DNA of 64,000 nt from assembly GCA_963733295.1 (NCBI GenBank), contig CAVTCS010000003.1, forward strand, positions 2,752,001 through 2,816,000. Reading direction: 5' to 3'. The stretch is from Vulcanimicrobiota bacterium. Lineage in GTDB: Bacteria > Vulcanimicrobiota > Vulcanimicrobiia > Vulcanimicrobiales > Vulcanimicrobiaceae. This document shows positions 39,974 through 48,065 of the stretch, in pieces. Position 1 is the first letter of the stretch. Every line of letters begins with the position of its first letter. The notes under the pieces are model-generated. The model made no database searches and had not been told where the DNA came from. It worked only from the letters and a program-made list of their open reading frames with translations. The translations under genes and the position numbers were made by a program.

Positions 39974-40569
39974 AGGGAACGCCGTCCCTCGAAGGCTTTG
40001 GCCAGCGTCACTTCATCCGCGTAGTCGAGATCGCCGCCGATCGGCAGGCCGTACGCGAGGCGCGTGACGGAAACGCCGCTCGGCTCGATGAGCCGGGAAA
40101 GGTACAGTGCCGTAGCTTCTCCTTCGGCGTTCGGATTGGTGGCAATGACCACCTCCGACGGTCTCTCGCTGCCGATACGTTCGAGCAACTCCTTGACGCG
40201 GAGTTGCTGCGGCCCGATCCCGTCCATCGGCGAAATGAGCCCGCCGAGCACGTGATAGCGTCCGCGAAACGCGCCGGTGCGCTCGATCGCGAAGATGTCC
40301 TTGGCCTCGGCCACGACGCAGAGCTGCGGCGCGTCGCGCCGCACGTCGGTGCAGATGTTGCACGGATCGTCCTCGGTGAGCGAAAAACAGCGCGAGCACA
40401 GCCGGACGCGGTCCTTGACGGCGAGGATTGCTTCGGCCAAGGACTGAGCTTCGGCGCGCGGCCGGTTGAGCAGGTAGAAAACGAGCCGGGCCGCGGTCTT
40501 GGGCCCGACGGTCGGCAGTTTCGAAAACTCGTTGATCAGGCTTTGGACGGGTCCCGCGATCGCGTTCAG
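39970..40569 (-). CDS. recR: Recombination mediator RecR (probable CTG start)
   Basis: LPTVGPKTAARL, CSRC..C..C Zn finger, CVVAE, YHVLGG, EGEATA, GLPIGGDLDYAD. Confidence 0.93.
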   Translation of the reverse strand: MNAIAGPVQSLINEFSKLPTVGPKTAARLVFYLLNRPRAEAQSLAEAILAVKDRVRLCSRCFSLTEDDPCNICTDVRRDAPQLCVVAEAKDIFAIERTGAFRGRYHVLGGLISPMDGIGPQQLRVKELLERIGSERPSEVVIATNPNAEGEATALYLSRLIEPSGVSVTRLAYGLPIGGDLDYADEVTLAKAFEGRRSL

Positions 40570-40579
40570 TGCGGCGCCC

Positions 40580-40888
40580 TTACATCAGGCCGGGGATGCG
40601 AATGCCGCCGGTGAGCGCGCTCATGCGCGCGTTCGACGTCTCCTGCGCTTTGTGCACCGCGTCGTTGACGGCGACGACGAGCAGGTCCTCGAGCGTCTCG
40701 ACGTCTTCGGGATCGACCGCTTCTTTCGAGAGCGTCACCTTCTGCACGCGATAGTCGCAGGTCATCGCGACCGAAACCGCGTCGCCGGCCGCACTGCCGG
40801 TGACGACGGTCGCGGCCAGCTCTTCTTGCGCTTTGGCCATCTCTTGCTGGACCTTACGCATTTGGGCCAGCATCTGCGACTGATTCAT
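40580..40888 (-). CDS. ybaB: Nucleoid-associated protein YbaB/EbfC
   Basis: QQEMAKAQEEL, VDPEDVETLEDL..AVNDA; between dnaX and recR. Confidence 0.93.
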   Translation of the reverse strand: MNQSQMLAQMRKVQQEMAKAQEELAATVVTGSAAGDAVSVAMTCDYRVQKVTLSKEAVDPEDVETLEDLLVVAVNDAVHKAQETSNARMSALTGGIRIPGLM

Positions 40889-42570
40889 TCGGGTGCGGGT
40901 CCTCCAAGTTTGCTGCGAGCGTAGGCCAGCAGGTCCGCTTCGCCGCCCGAGTCGTCCGCGCTTTGTGCGGAGTTCCCCTCGGCCGGCGTCGAGCGGTGCG
41001 CGCTGCGAACCGGGCCGCGTTCGCCGGGAACGGCGGTCCGCAGCGCGACGCGCAGCGGCGTGCCCAGCACGTCGGCCAGCGCCGCCTCCAGCACGCCGAG
41101 CCGCGTACGGACGATGTCCTCGGCAAGCGAGTCAACGAGCCCGATCACGACCCGGTCGCCCTCCAGGGCCTCGACCGTCGCGCGCGAGAGTGGCCCTTTG
41201 ATCGGCTTGTACTGTTCCTCCGCGCGGAGCCGGATCTGGTCCCAGAGGGAGCGGACGCGCACGAGCGAGACGCTTCCGGCCGGTGCTCGCTCCCGCGGGG
41301 GTGGAGGCGGCGCTGCGGCTTGGGCCTTCGGGGTGGCCGGCGCTTTGGGCGCCGGCAGCGGCTTTTCCGCCGAGGACGCGGCCGCCGCGCGCGGCAGACT
41401 CTCGGGCATGGCCGCCGGACGCGGCAGGCTCTCGGGCGCGCCCTGTTCGAGCAGTGCGACGCGCGTTGCGATCGCATCGAGCGACGGGTCTTCGGCCGCG
41501 AGCGCAAAGCGGAGCACCGCCGTCTCGAGTTCGAGGCGAGGGTTGCCCGAGCTGCGCCCGGCGGCGAGCGCGTCGGCGAGCAGGCGAAGCCCGCGCACGA
41601 CCTTGGGTTGCGGCGTCGCGGCGGCCAGTACGACGACGCGTTCGGCATCCGCCTGGGCCAAGTCTCGCGAGAGCAAACCCGGGTCGATTCGGGCCACCAG
41701 CAGGTTGCGGAATTCACCGATCGTACCGCGGATCAATCCCAGCATGTCGGCGCCCGCGTCGCTCGCGTCGTCGACGATGCGCAGCCCGCGCGCCGCCTCA
41801 CCGCCGAGCAACGCCTCCGTCAAATCGCGCGCGAAGGCACGGCCGGTCGTCCCGAACGCAGCGTCGACGGTCGCCGCACCGACCGGACCGCCGGCGTAGG
41901 CCGCGACTTGCTCCAGCATCGTCAGGGCATCGCGCAACCCGCCGTCGGCGCGATAGGCGATCGCACCGAGCGCGTCGTCGTCGATCGGAATGTTTTCGGC
42001 GGAAGCGATCGCGCGCATCCGCTCGATCATCGTGGTAACCGGGATGCGCCGGAAAGCGTAGCGCTGACAGCGCGACAGTATCGTCGGCGGCAGCGCTTCG
42101 GGCGCCGTCGTGGCGAGGATGAAGACGACGTGGGGCGGCGGCTCTTCGAGCGTTCGCAGAAAAGCGTTCGCGCCTTCACGCGTGAGCATATGCGCTTCAT
42201 CGATGATGAAGACTTTGAAGCGCATCGACGCCGGCGCGAACTTTACGGCCTCGCGCAACGCGCGAATCTCTTCGATCCCGCGGTTGGAAGCCGCGTCGAT
42301 CTCGACGACGTCGAGGGCGGTTCCCGCCAGGATCGCCAGACAATTCTCGCAGGTGTTATCGGGGTCGGGCGTCGGCCCGTGGACGCAGTCGATACAGCGA
42401 GCCATGATCTTGGCGGCCGAGGTCTTGCCGCTACCGCGCGGGCCCGAAAAGAGGTAGGCGTGCGCCAAGCGCCCCGAACCGAGAGCGCTGCGCAGGGTTC
42501 TGACGACCGCCTCCTGCCCGACCAGCTCGTCGAACGACTTCGGGCGCCAGGTTCGATACAGAGACGACAC
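40885..42570 (-). CDS. dnaX: DNA polymerase III subunit gamma/tau
   Basis: LYRTWRP, GPRGSGKTS, EIDAASN, IIDEAHML, TILSRC, GGLRDA. Confidence 0.95.
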   Translation of the reverse strand: MSSLYRTWRPKSFDELVGQEAVVRTLRSALGSGRLAHAYLFSGPRGSGKTSAAKIMARCIDCVHGPTPDPDNTCENCLAILAGTALDVVEIDAASNRGIEEIRALREAVKFAPASMRFKVFIIDEAHMLTREGANAFLRTLEEPPPHVVFILATTAPEALPPTILSRCQRYAFRRIPVTTMIERMRAIASAENIPIDDDALGAIAYRADGGLRDALTMLEQVAAYAGGPVGAATVDAAFGTTGRAFARDLTEALLGGEAARGLRIVDDASDAGADMLGLIRGTIGEFRNLLVARIDPGLLSRDLAQADAERVVVLAAATPQPKVVRGLRLLADALAAGRSSGNPRLELETAVLRFALAAEDPSLDAIATRVALLEQGAPESLPRPAAMPESLPRAAAASSAEKPLPAPKAPATPKAQAAAPPPPPRERAPAGSVSLVRVRSLWDQIRLRAEEQYKPIKGPLSRATVEALEGDRVVIGLVDSLAEDIVRTRLGVLEAALADVLGTPLRVALRTAVPGERGPVRSAHRSTPAEGNSAQSADDSGGEADLLAYARSKLGGPAPE

Positions 42571-42714
42571 TCCTTGGCTTTCGTGCCGCCGCTCGGGCCG
42601 AACCTGTTTCGCGAAACCGCCGGGCGGGTAACCGATGTTGTACAGATACACGCCGTAATAGCCGAGGCTCTTTCTTCGTCTGACGGACGATGCGGCGCTT
42701 TTTCGGAGGACACC

Positions 42715-44403
42715 ATGGCGCCGGGCGCTGATGCCAAGCGGGAACAAGAAACCGCTTCCCTTCCATCTCTCGAAGAACGGCTCGAGCGTGCCTTACACGA
42801 GCGCTTCGGTTTCGAGCGCTTCATGGCGGGTCAAGAAGAAGTCGTAACGCGCGTGATGGAGGGTCAAGATACCCTCGCGATTCTCGCCACCGGCGCCGGG
42901 AAAAGCCTTTGTTATCAGCTGCCGGCTCTTTTGCTCGACGGAACGACCGTCGTCGTCAGTCCCCTCATCGCGCTGATGAAAGACCAGCTCGACATGCTGG
43001 CCGAACGGGGCGTGGGCAACATCGTCGCCCTCAACTCGACCTTGAGCGAGGATCAGGAAGCGGCGGCGAAGCTGCGCATCGCGAAGGGCGAGATCAAGAT
43101 CGTGTTCGTCACGCCGGAAAAGCTTGAGGACGAACGCTTCGTCAGCTTGCTCCAAGGTTTGCACGTTCCGCTGTTCGTCGTCGACGAAGCGCATTGCATC
43201 AGCCAGTGGGGACACGACTTCCGGCCGGCCTATTTGGCCCTCGGGCAGGTGATCGAGGCGCTCGGGCACCCGACGGTTCTGGCGCTCACCGCAACCGCCA
43301 CGCCGGCCGTGCGCGAAGATATCTTGGCTCAGCTCGGGATTCCCGACACGAAGCCGATCGTGAAGGGCTTCGACCGCCCGAACCTGCGCTACGAGGCGCT
43401 TCGCGCCGAGAACGAAGCGGCGAAACTGAAGGCGCTCAAGCAGTTGTTTCTCTCCGGTCTCGACGGCACGGGGATCATCTACACCGCGACGATCAAGAAC
43501 GCGCTGGAGGTGCAGCGCTTCCTGCACGATCAGCTCAATCTGCCGGCGGCCGTGTATCATTCCAAACTTCAAAAACACGACCGCGTCTCGGTTCACGAAT
43601 TGTTCATGAACGAGTCGATCCGCGCCGTGGTCGCGACGAACGCCTTTGGTCTCGGGATCGACAAACCGAACATCCGCTTCGTGGTGCACTACGACTTGCC
43701 GGGTTCGATCGAGGCGTACACGCAGGAGGCCGGCCGGGCGGGACGCGACGCGAAGCCTTCGCGCTGCATCTTGCTCTACCGCATGAGCGACACGCGGGTG
43801 CAGAACTACTTCTTGACCGGAAAGTATCCCGGCGTCGAAGACGTCCAGAAAGTTTTCGGCACGCTGGAGTACTTCGACTCGCAAAAGGACGGCGTCTCGC
43901 TCGCCGACTTGCGCAAGATCTCGCAGTTGCCGCTCACCAAACTCAAAGTCGTCTTAGCGCTTCTGAAGAAAGCCGGATTCATCGTGACGCGGGCTCGCTC
44001 GCGCTACGGTCTTTCGGAAGAGGCGCTCGCAAACCGCGAGCTCGTCTTGAACCTGACGAACTACGAAACGAAGAAGGCCTACGATCAGAGCAAGCTCGCG
44101 ATGATGCTGCAGTACGCCGAGACGAGCGGCTGCCGGCGCAAGTTCATCTTGAACTATTTCGGCGAAGATTTCGATTCGGGCGACTGCGGCGCGTGCGACA
44201 ACTGCCTGCGCGCCAAGTTGAGCGCAAAGCGGAGCAGCGCGGTGGCTTCGGGCTTCCGCATCGCCGACGTCGTTTCGCACCCCAAGTTCGGGCAAGGCAC
44301 GGTCGAGCGAGCGGAGAAAGACCTCGTGACGGTCCTGTTTCCGAGCGTCGGATATAAGACGCTGCTCGCTTCCGCGGTCAATCGCGAAGCAAAAATCGCA
44401 TAG
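42715..44403 (+). CDS. recQ: RecQ-family DNA helicase without recognisable HRDC, with UvrD-CTD-like tail
   Basis: GGAGG then ATG 42715; TGAGKSLCYQ, VDEAHCISQWGHDFRP, LTATA, QEAGRAGRD, CRR...CGACDNC. Confidence 0.92.
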   Translation: MAPGADAKREQETASLPSLEERLERALHERFGFERFMAGQEEVVTRVMEGQDTLAILATGAGKSLCYQLPALLLDGTTVVVSPLIALMKDQLDMLAERGVGNIVALNSTLSEDQEAAAKLRIAKGEIKIVFVTPEKLEDERFVSLLQGLHVPLFVVDEAHCISQWGHDFRPAYLALGQVIEALGHPTVLALTATATPAVREDILAQLGIPDTKPIVKGFDRPNLRYEALRAENEAAKLKALKQLFLSGLDGTGIIYTATIKNALEVQRFLHDQLNLPAAVYHSKLQKHDRVSVHELFMNESIRAVVATNAFGLGIDKPNIRFVVHYDLPGSIEAYTQEAGRAGRDAKPSRCILLYRMSDTRVQNYFLTGKYPGVEDVQKVFGTLEYFDSQKDGVSLADLRKISQLPLTKLKVVLALLKKAGFIVTRARSRYGLSEEALANRELVLNLTNYETKKAYDQSKLAMMLQYAETSGCRRKFILNYFGEDFDSGDCGACDNCLRAKLSAKRSSAVASGFRIADVVSHPKFGQGTVERAEKDLVTVLFPSVGYKTLLASAVNREAKIA

Positions 44404-44427
44404 CGCAGGCCTATCTCCGGGAGGACG

Positions 44428-46155
44428 ATGAAGAACCGCGGAACCCCGCGGTCCAAGGATTACCAGAGCGCGCGCGCCGCCGTTTTGACGGCGACGCTGT
44501 TTCTCGTCGCCGTCTCCGCCGGCATGGGGCTGGAGCGCGCGGCAGCGCAGTCGCCGGCTCCCGCGCCCGTTGCAACCCCGGCCACGCCTCCGGCGGAATC
44601 GCCGGCGAGTACGGCTTCTCCAGGCGAAGCGGCTCCCGGCGAATCGCCCTCGCCTGCCGCGAGCGCGCAGCCGGCGCCCGAGGGTGCACCGACGCAACCG
44701 CCCATCATCGTCGAACCGCCGAGCGCGGGCGTCGTGCCGGGCGGATCGCAGCAATTGCGCATCATGCGTTCGCTCGGCACGCTCACGCTGACGGTCGCCG
44801 ATCCGAACGTCGCGACCGCGACGGTCGATCAAGACGCGCGCACGCTGACGGTCTTCGGCCGCGCGCTCGGAAACACGACCGTCACGCTGACCGATTCGCG
44901 CGGCCTGACCCGCGACGTCCCGGTGCGCGTCGCGCTGCCGGCCGGCAGCGTGGCGCCGAGCGCAACGGTCCGCATCACCGGCAACCCCGCCACCTCGCTC
45001 TTCGTCAAAGAGCAGGCGCTTGCGGCAGCCCTCCGCGCGGCGACGGTCCGTCCGGGTGTCAAAATCGTTGCGCCGGTCGAGACGATCGATTTGGATTCGC
45101 CGCTCAACATCGACGATGTGGTGACCGTTTCGGTGCCGATCATCTTGCAAGGCGAGGCGTACTTTACGGTTCAAGGAACGACCCGCGTGCGCGTCGTCAA
45201 CGACGCGCAGCCGCCGATCCGCCCGGGAGCGCTGCTCGTCAGCGACTTCCCCGAGACCCTCAAGGAAAACGGCACGCTGTTTTCGGCGGGACTCACCGAC
45301 CGCGCGGCGCTCCGCTTTCTGTACTACCACTACAACCCACCCGGACAGCCGGACCGGCGCATCGTCTTGAAGGTCGCGAATTCGGGGACGCAGCCGGCGC
45401 GCGTGCAGGTGATCGACGGTAGCGGCGGTCCCGGTCCGAACGAGATGGAGAGCGGACATAACTCGACCGAGAGTTTTCTCGTGCACCTCGCCCAAAATGA
45501 GGGAACGGTCCTGACGATCGGCGGTCAGACGACGGTGACGCTCTACCAGCAGCTGCTGCCCGCTAAGAACGTCGTCAGCGGCATCTTGCAAATCCACGAG
45601 ATCGAAGGCCCCCCGCTCCGGCTCGCTTTGCTGGCGCAGAACGCGGACGATCCGATCGATGCGCCGCTCCAATCCGAGACGCTGCTCGAAGGCGATCACC
45701 CGCACGCCCGCGGCGTTTATCCCATCCCCGAGTTTTTCTTCGACTACTCGTACGACTGCAACGGCCCCGACCTCGAAATGCCGATCGGACAGATTCCCTT
45801 ACCGAATTTGGTCCAAGGTCAGACGCTCGCCGGCGACTACGGCGTCCTCCAGCAGATCACCGTGCGCATGGTCAACAACGATCCGCACAACGCACGCGAG
45901 GTCGCGCTCTATGCGAACCCGCGCGGCGGCAGTGCGACCGGCACGTTCATCATCGATCGCGTGCTCGTCCAGGCGCATCAGATGGCCGCCTTCGGCCACT
46001 ACAAGCTGCGCGATTACACGATTCCGCCGGGAAGTTTCGTGCGCACCGAGATTACCACGATGCCGGAAGGCGGCTCGTCCTATCCGCTCCGGCTGATCAT
46101 CGCGCCGGACGACGGGAGTGCGCCGCCCGGCGCGGGCGACTCGCCGGTCTACTGA
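44428..46155 (+). CDS. Secreted hypothetical protein (Pro-rich linker, Ig-like domain, large beta domain)
   Basis: GGAGG SD; signal peptide; Ig-like VADPNVATAT...GRALGNTTVTLTD. Confidence 0.7.
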   Translation: MKNRGTPRSKDYQSARAAVLTATLFLVAVSAGMGLERAAAQSPAPAPVATPATPPAESPASTASPGEAAPGESPSPAASAQPAPEGAPTQPPIIVEPPSAGVVPGGSQQLRIMRSLGTLTLTVADPNVATATVDQDARTLTVFGRALGNTTVTLTDSRGLTRDVPVRVALPAGSVAPSATVRITGNPATSLFVKEQALAAALRAATVRPGVKIVAPVETIDLDSPLNIDDVVTVSVPIILQGEAYFTVQGTTRVRVVNDAQPPIRPGALLVSDFPETLKENGTLFSAGLTDRAALRFLYYHYNPPGQPDRRIVLKVANSGTQPARVQVIDGSGGPGPNEMESGHNSTESFLVHLAQNEGTVLTIGGQTTVTLYQQLLPAKNVVSGILQIHEIEGPPLRLALLAQNADDPIDAPLQSETLLEGDHPHARGVYPIPEFFFDYSYDCNGPDLEMPIGQIPLPNLVQGQTLAGDYGVLQQITVRMVNNDPHNAREVALYANPRGGSATGTFIIDRVLVQAHQMAAFGHYKLRDYTIPPGSFVRTEITTMPEGGSSYPLRLIIAPDDGSAPPGAGDSPVY

Positions 46156-47180
46156 TCGCGCAGCGCGGCGGCGTAGACGGCCAACATCGATTCCGCGGCA
46201 CGGTCCCACCCGAAACGCGCCCGCGCGTCTTCACGAACGGCGGCGGCGTGCGATTCCGCGGCAACCCGGTCGGCTAAAATCGTCCCAAGCGCCGCGCTCC
46301 AGCCCGCGACGTCATCCGGCGCGCAGAGCGGCGCCGCGCCGGCGACGACCTCCGGCAACGACGAGGACGACGCCGAGACCAGCGGTACTCCGGCGCAGAG
46401 CGCTTGCGCCGCGCCGTACCCGAAGCCTTCGTAGCGCGAGGGCACCACGGCTAGCGCGGCGCGCGCGTAAAGATCGAGCAGTGCCGCGCGCGAGACGTAG
46501 CCGGCGAAGTCGACGCGCTCGGCAACCCCGCATTCGCGCGCGATCGCCGCGCAGGCGTCGCGATACGGGGTAGCCGGCCCGACGGCGATGAGCCGAAGTT
46601 GCGGCAGATTCGCAAGTGCGCGAACGACGACTTCGAGATTCTTGCGCCGTTCGATCGTGCCGACGGCGAGCGCGAACGGCATCGGATCGGGGCGGCGCGC
46701 GAGCTCGCCGAAGTCGGCCGCGACGCCCGGATGCACGACCGACACGCGCGCCGCTTCGACTCGCGTCAACTCGAGCAGTTCGTCGCGCGAGAAGGCCGAA
46801 TCGACGACGATGCGCCGGGCGCGCCGGTAGCGCTCGCGCTGGAACGTTCCGAAGTACCAGCGCGCGTACGGCCGTGCGTGCTCTTGCACGCGCAACCACG
46901 CCACGTCGTGAATCGTCGCGACGAGCGGCAAACGGGTGCGCAGGGGCAGCGTTCCGGCCGCACAGTGCAACACGTCGGCGCCCGCGCGCCGAGCCGCATC
47001 CGGCAGCAGCACCTGATCCCAGAGGACGCGCCGGTCGAAGCGCCACGGATTCAAGTCGGGCGCACGGAGCGCGGCGACGTCGGCTCCGCGCACGCGCAAC
47101 GCAGCTAGCAGTCCCGAGACGTATTCACCGATGCCGGTTGCAGTGCCGACCGCAAGTTGTGCGTCGAGCCCGATCCTCAC
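46149..47180 (-). CDS. Glycosyltransferase family 4
   Basis: TGIGEY, TIHD, VGTIERRKN, PSRYEGFG, SLPEV. Confidence 0.92.
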   Translation of the reverse strand: MRIGLDAQLAVGTATGIGEYVSGLLAALRVRGADVAALRAPDLNPWRFDRRVLWDQVLLPDAARRAGADVLHCAAGTLPLRTRLPLVATIHDVAWLRVQEHARPYARWYFGTFQRERYRRARRIVVDSAFSRDELLELTRVEAARVSVVHPGVAADFGELARRPDPMPFALAVGTIERRKNLEVVVRALANLPQLRLIAVGPATPYRDACAAIARECGVAERVDFAGYVSRAALLDLYARAALAVVPSRYEGFGYGAAQALCAGVPLVSASSSSLPEVVAGAAPLCAPDDVAGWSAALGTILADRVAAESHAAAVREDARARFGWDRAAESMLAVYAAALRDQ

Positions 47181-48040
47181 CGCTCGAGTTCTTGCGCTAG
47201 CCGGCGCACCGAGGCCATGTCCGGCCCTAAGCGCTCGGCACGCTCGAGTTCGGCGCGCGCGCGAACGCGGTCGCCGCGCCGCAGCGCGGTTTCGCCGAGA
47301 CCGGCGTACGCTTCGGCCGCGCTTGGGTCGGCGTCGCGCGCGCGCGTGAAGTAGCCGGCGGCGGCGTCGAGATCGCCCAGGTTGAGCGCTTGCGTTCCGG
47401 CCGAGAGCAGGTACCGCTCCGAAAGCGGCGCGAGCGCAACCGCTCGCGCGTAGGCGTCGGCCGAGCGCTCCGCGGCGGCGCGTCCTGCGGGCGTAGCGCT
47501 GCCGAGCCCGTACGCTCGCATCTGTTCGAGCCGCCCGATCGACAGCCACGTGTCGGCCAGCGCGTCGACTTGTTCGGGATCGTCCTGCAAGCGTTCCAGC
47601 AGTTGCCGTTCGAGTGCCAGAGCTTCGTCGATGCGTCCCGCGCCCGCCAACGCTTGCACGCGGCGTTGTACGCCCTCGCGGTCACCCGCCGCGAGATAGT
47701 CGCGCGAGGCGGTCGCGCCGTCGCCTTCGAGTTCGGCCAGCCGGCCTTCGAGCGCGGCGCGCTCCGGCGAGGCCGCAAGCAGCGCGATGCGCTGCGCGGC
47801 GAGCGCGAACTCGCCGTCGTCGACCGCACGGCGCGCGAGCTGATAGCGCAGCGCGCGCGAAGCGAACCACGGATTCCCGTCGTCGATGCCGCGCGCGACC
47901 CGGGCGGGCACCAGCGCCGGCCACGCGCCGGCCGCAGCTCGGTCGCGCAGCACGACGCCGGCCAAGAACTGCTGATAGCCGAGCACGCCGGCCAGCAGCG
48001 CACAAAAGACGAATGGCGCGGCGCCCAAGCGCCACGCCAT
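47177..48040 (-). CDS. TPR-repeat membrane-anchored protein
   Basis: N-terminal TM; YARAVALAP, FTRARDADP, AYAGLG TPR patterns. Confidence 0.75.
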   Translation of the reverse strand: MAWRLGAAPFVFCALLAGVLGYQQFLAGVVLRDRAAAGAWPALVPARVARGIDDGNPWFASRALRYQLARRAVDDGEFALAAQRIALLAASPERAALEGRLAELEGDGATASRDYLAAGDREGVQRRVQALAGAGRIDEALALERQLLERLQDDPEQVDALADTWLSIGRLEQMRAYGLGSATPAGRAAAERSADAYARAVALAPLSERYLLSAGTQALNLGDLDAAAGYFTRARDADPSAAEAYAGLGETALRRGDRVRARAELERAERLGPDMASVRRLAQELER

Positions 48041-48065
48041 CCGGTTTTCTACGCGGACCGCCTTC

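Noticed and set aside
40885..42570. Programmed frameshift in dnaX
   Set aside because: No A-AAA-AAG or long A-run slippery site seen
40963..42714. 1146-aa RecQ fusion
   Set aside because: The extension is antisense to dnaX; a good SD and ATG exist at 42715
42571..42714. SRP RNA (ffs), often upstream of dnaX
   Set aside because: Conserved SRP domain IV motif not found on either strand
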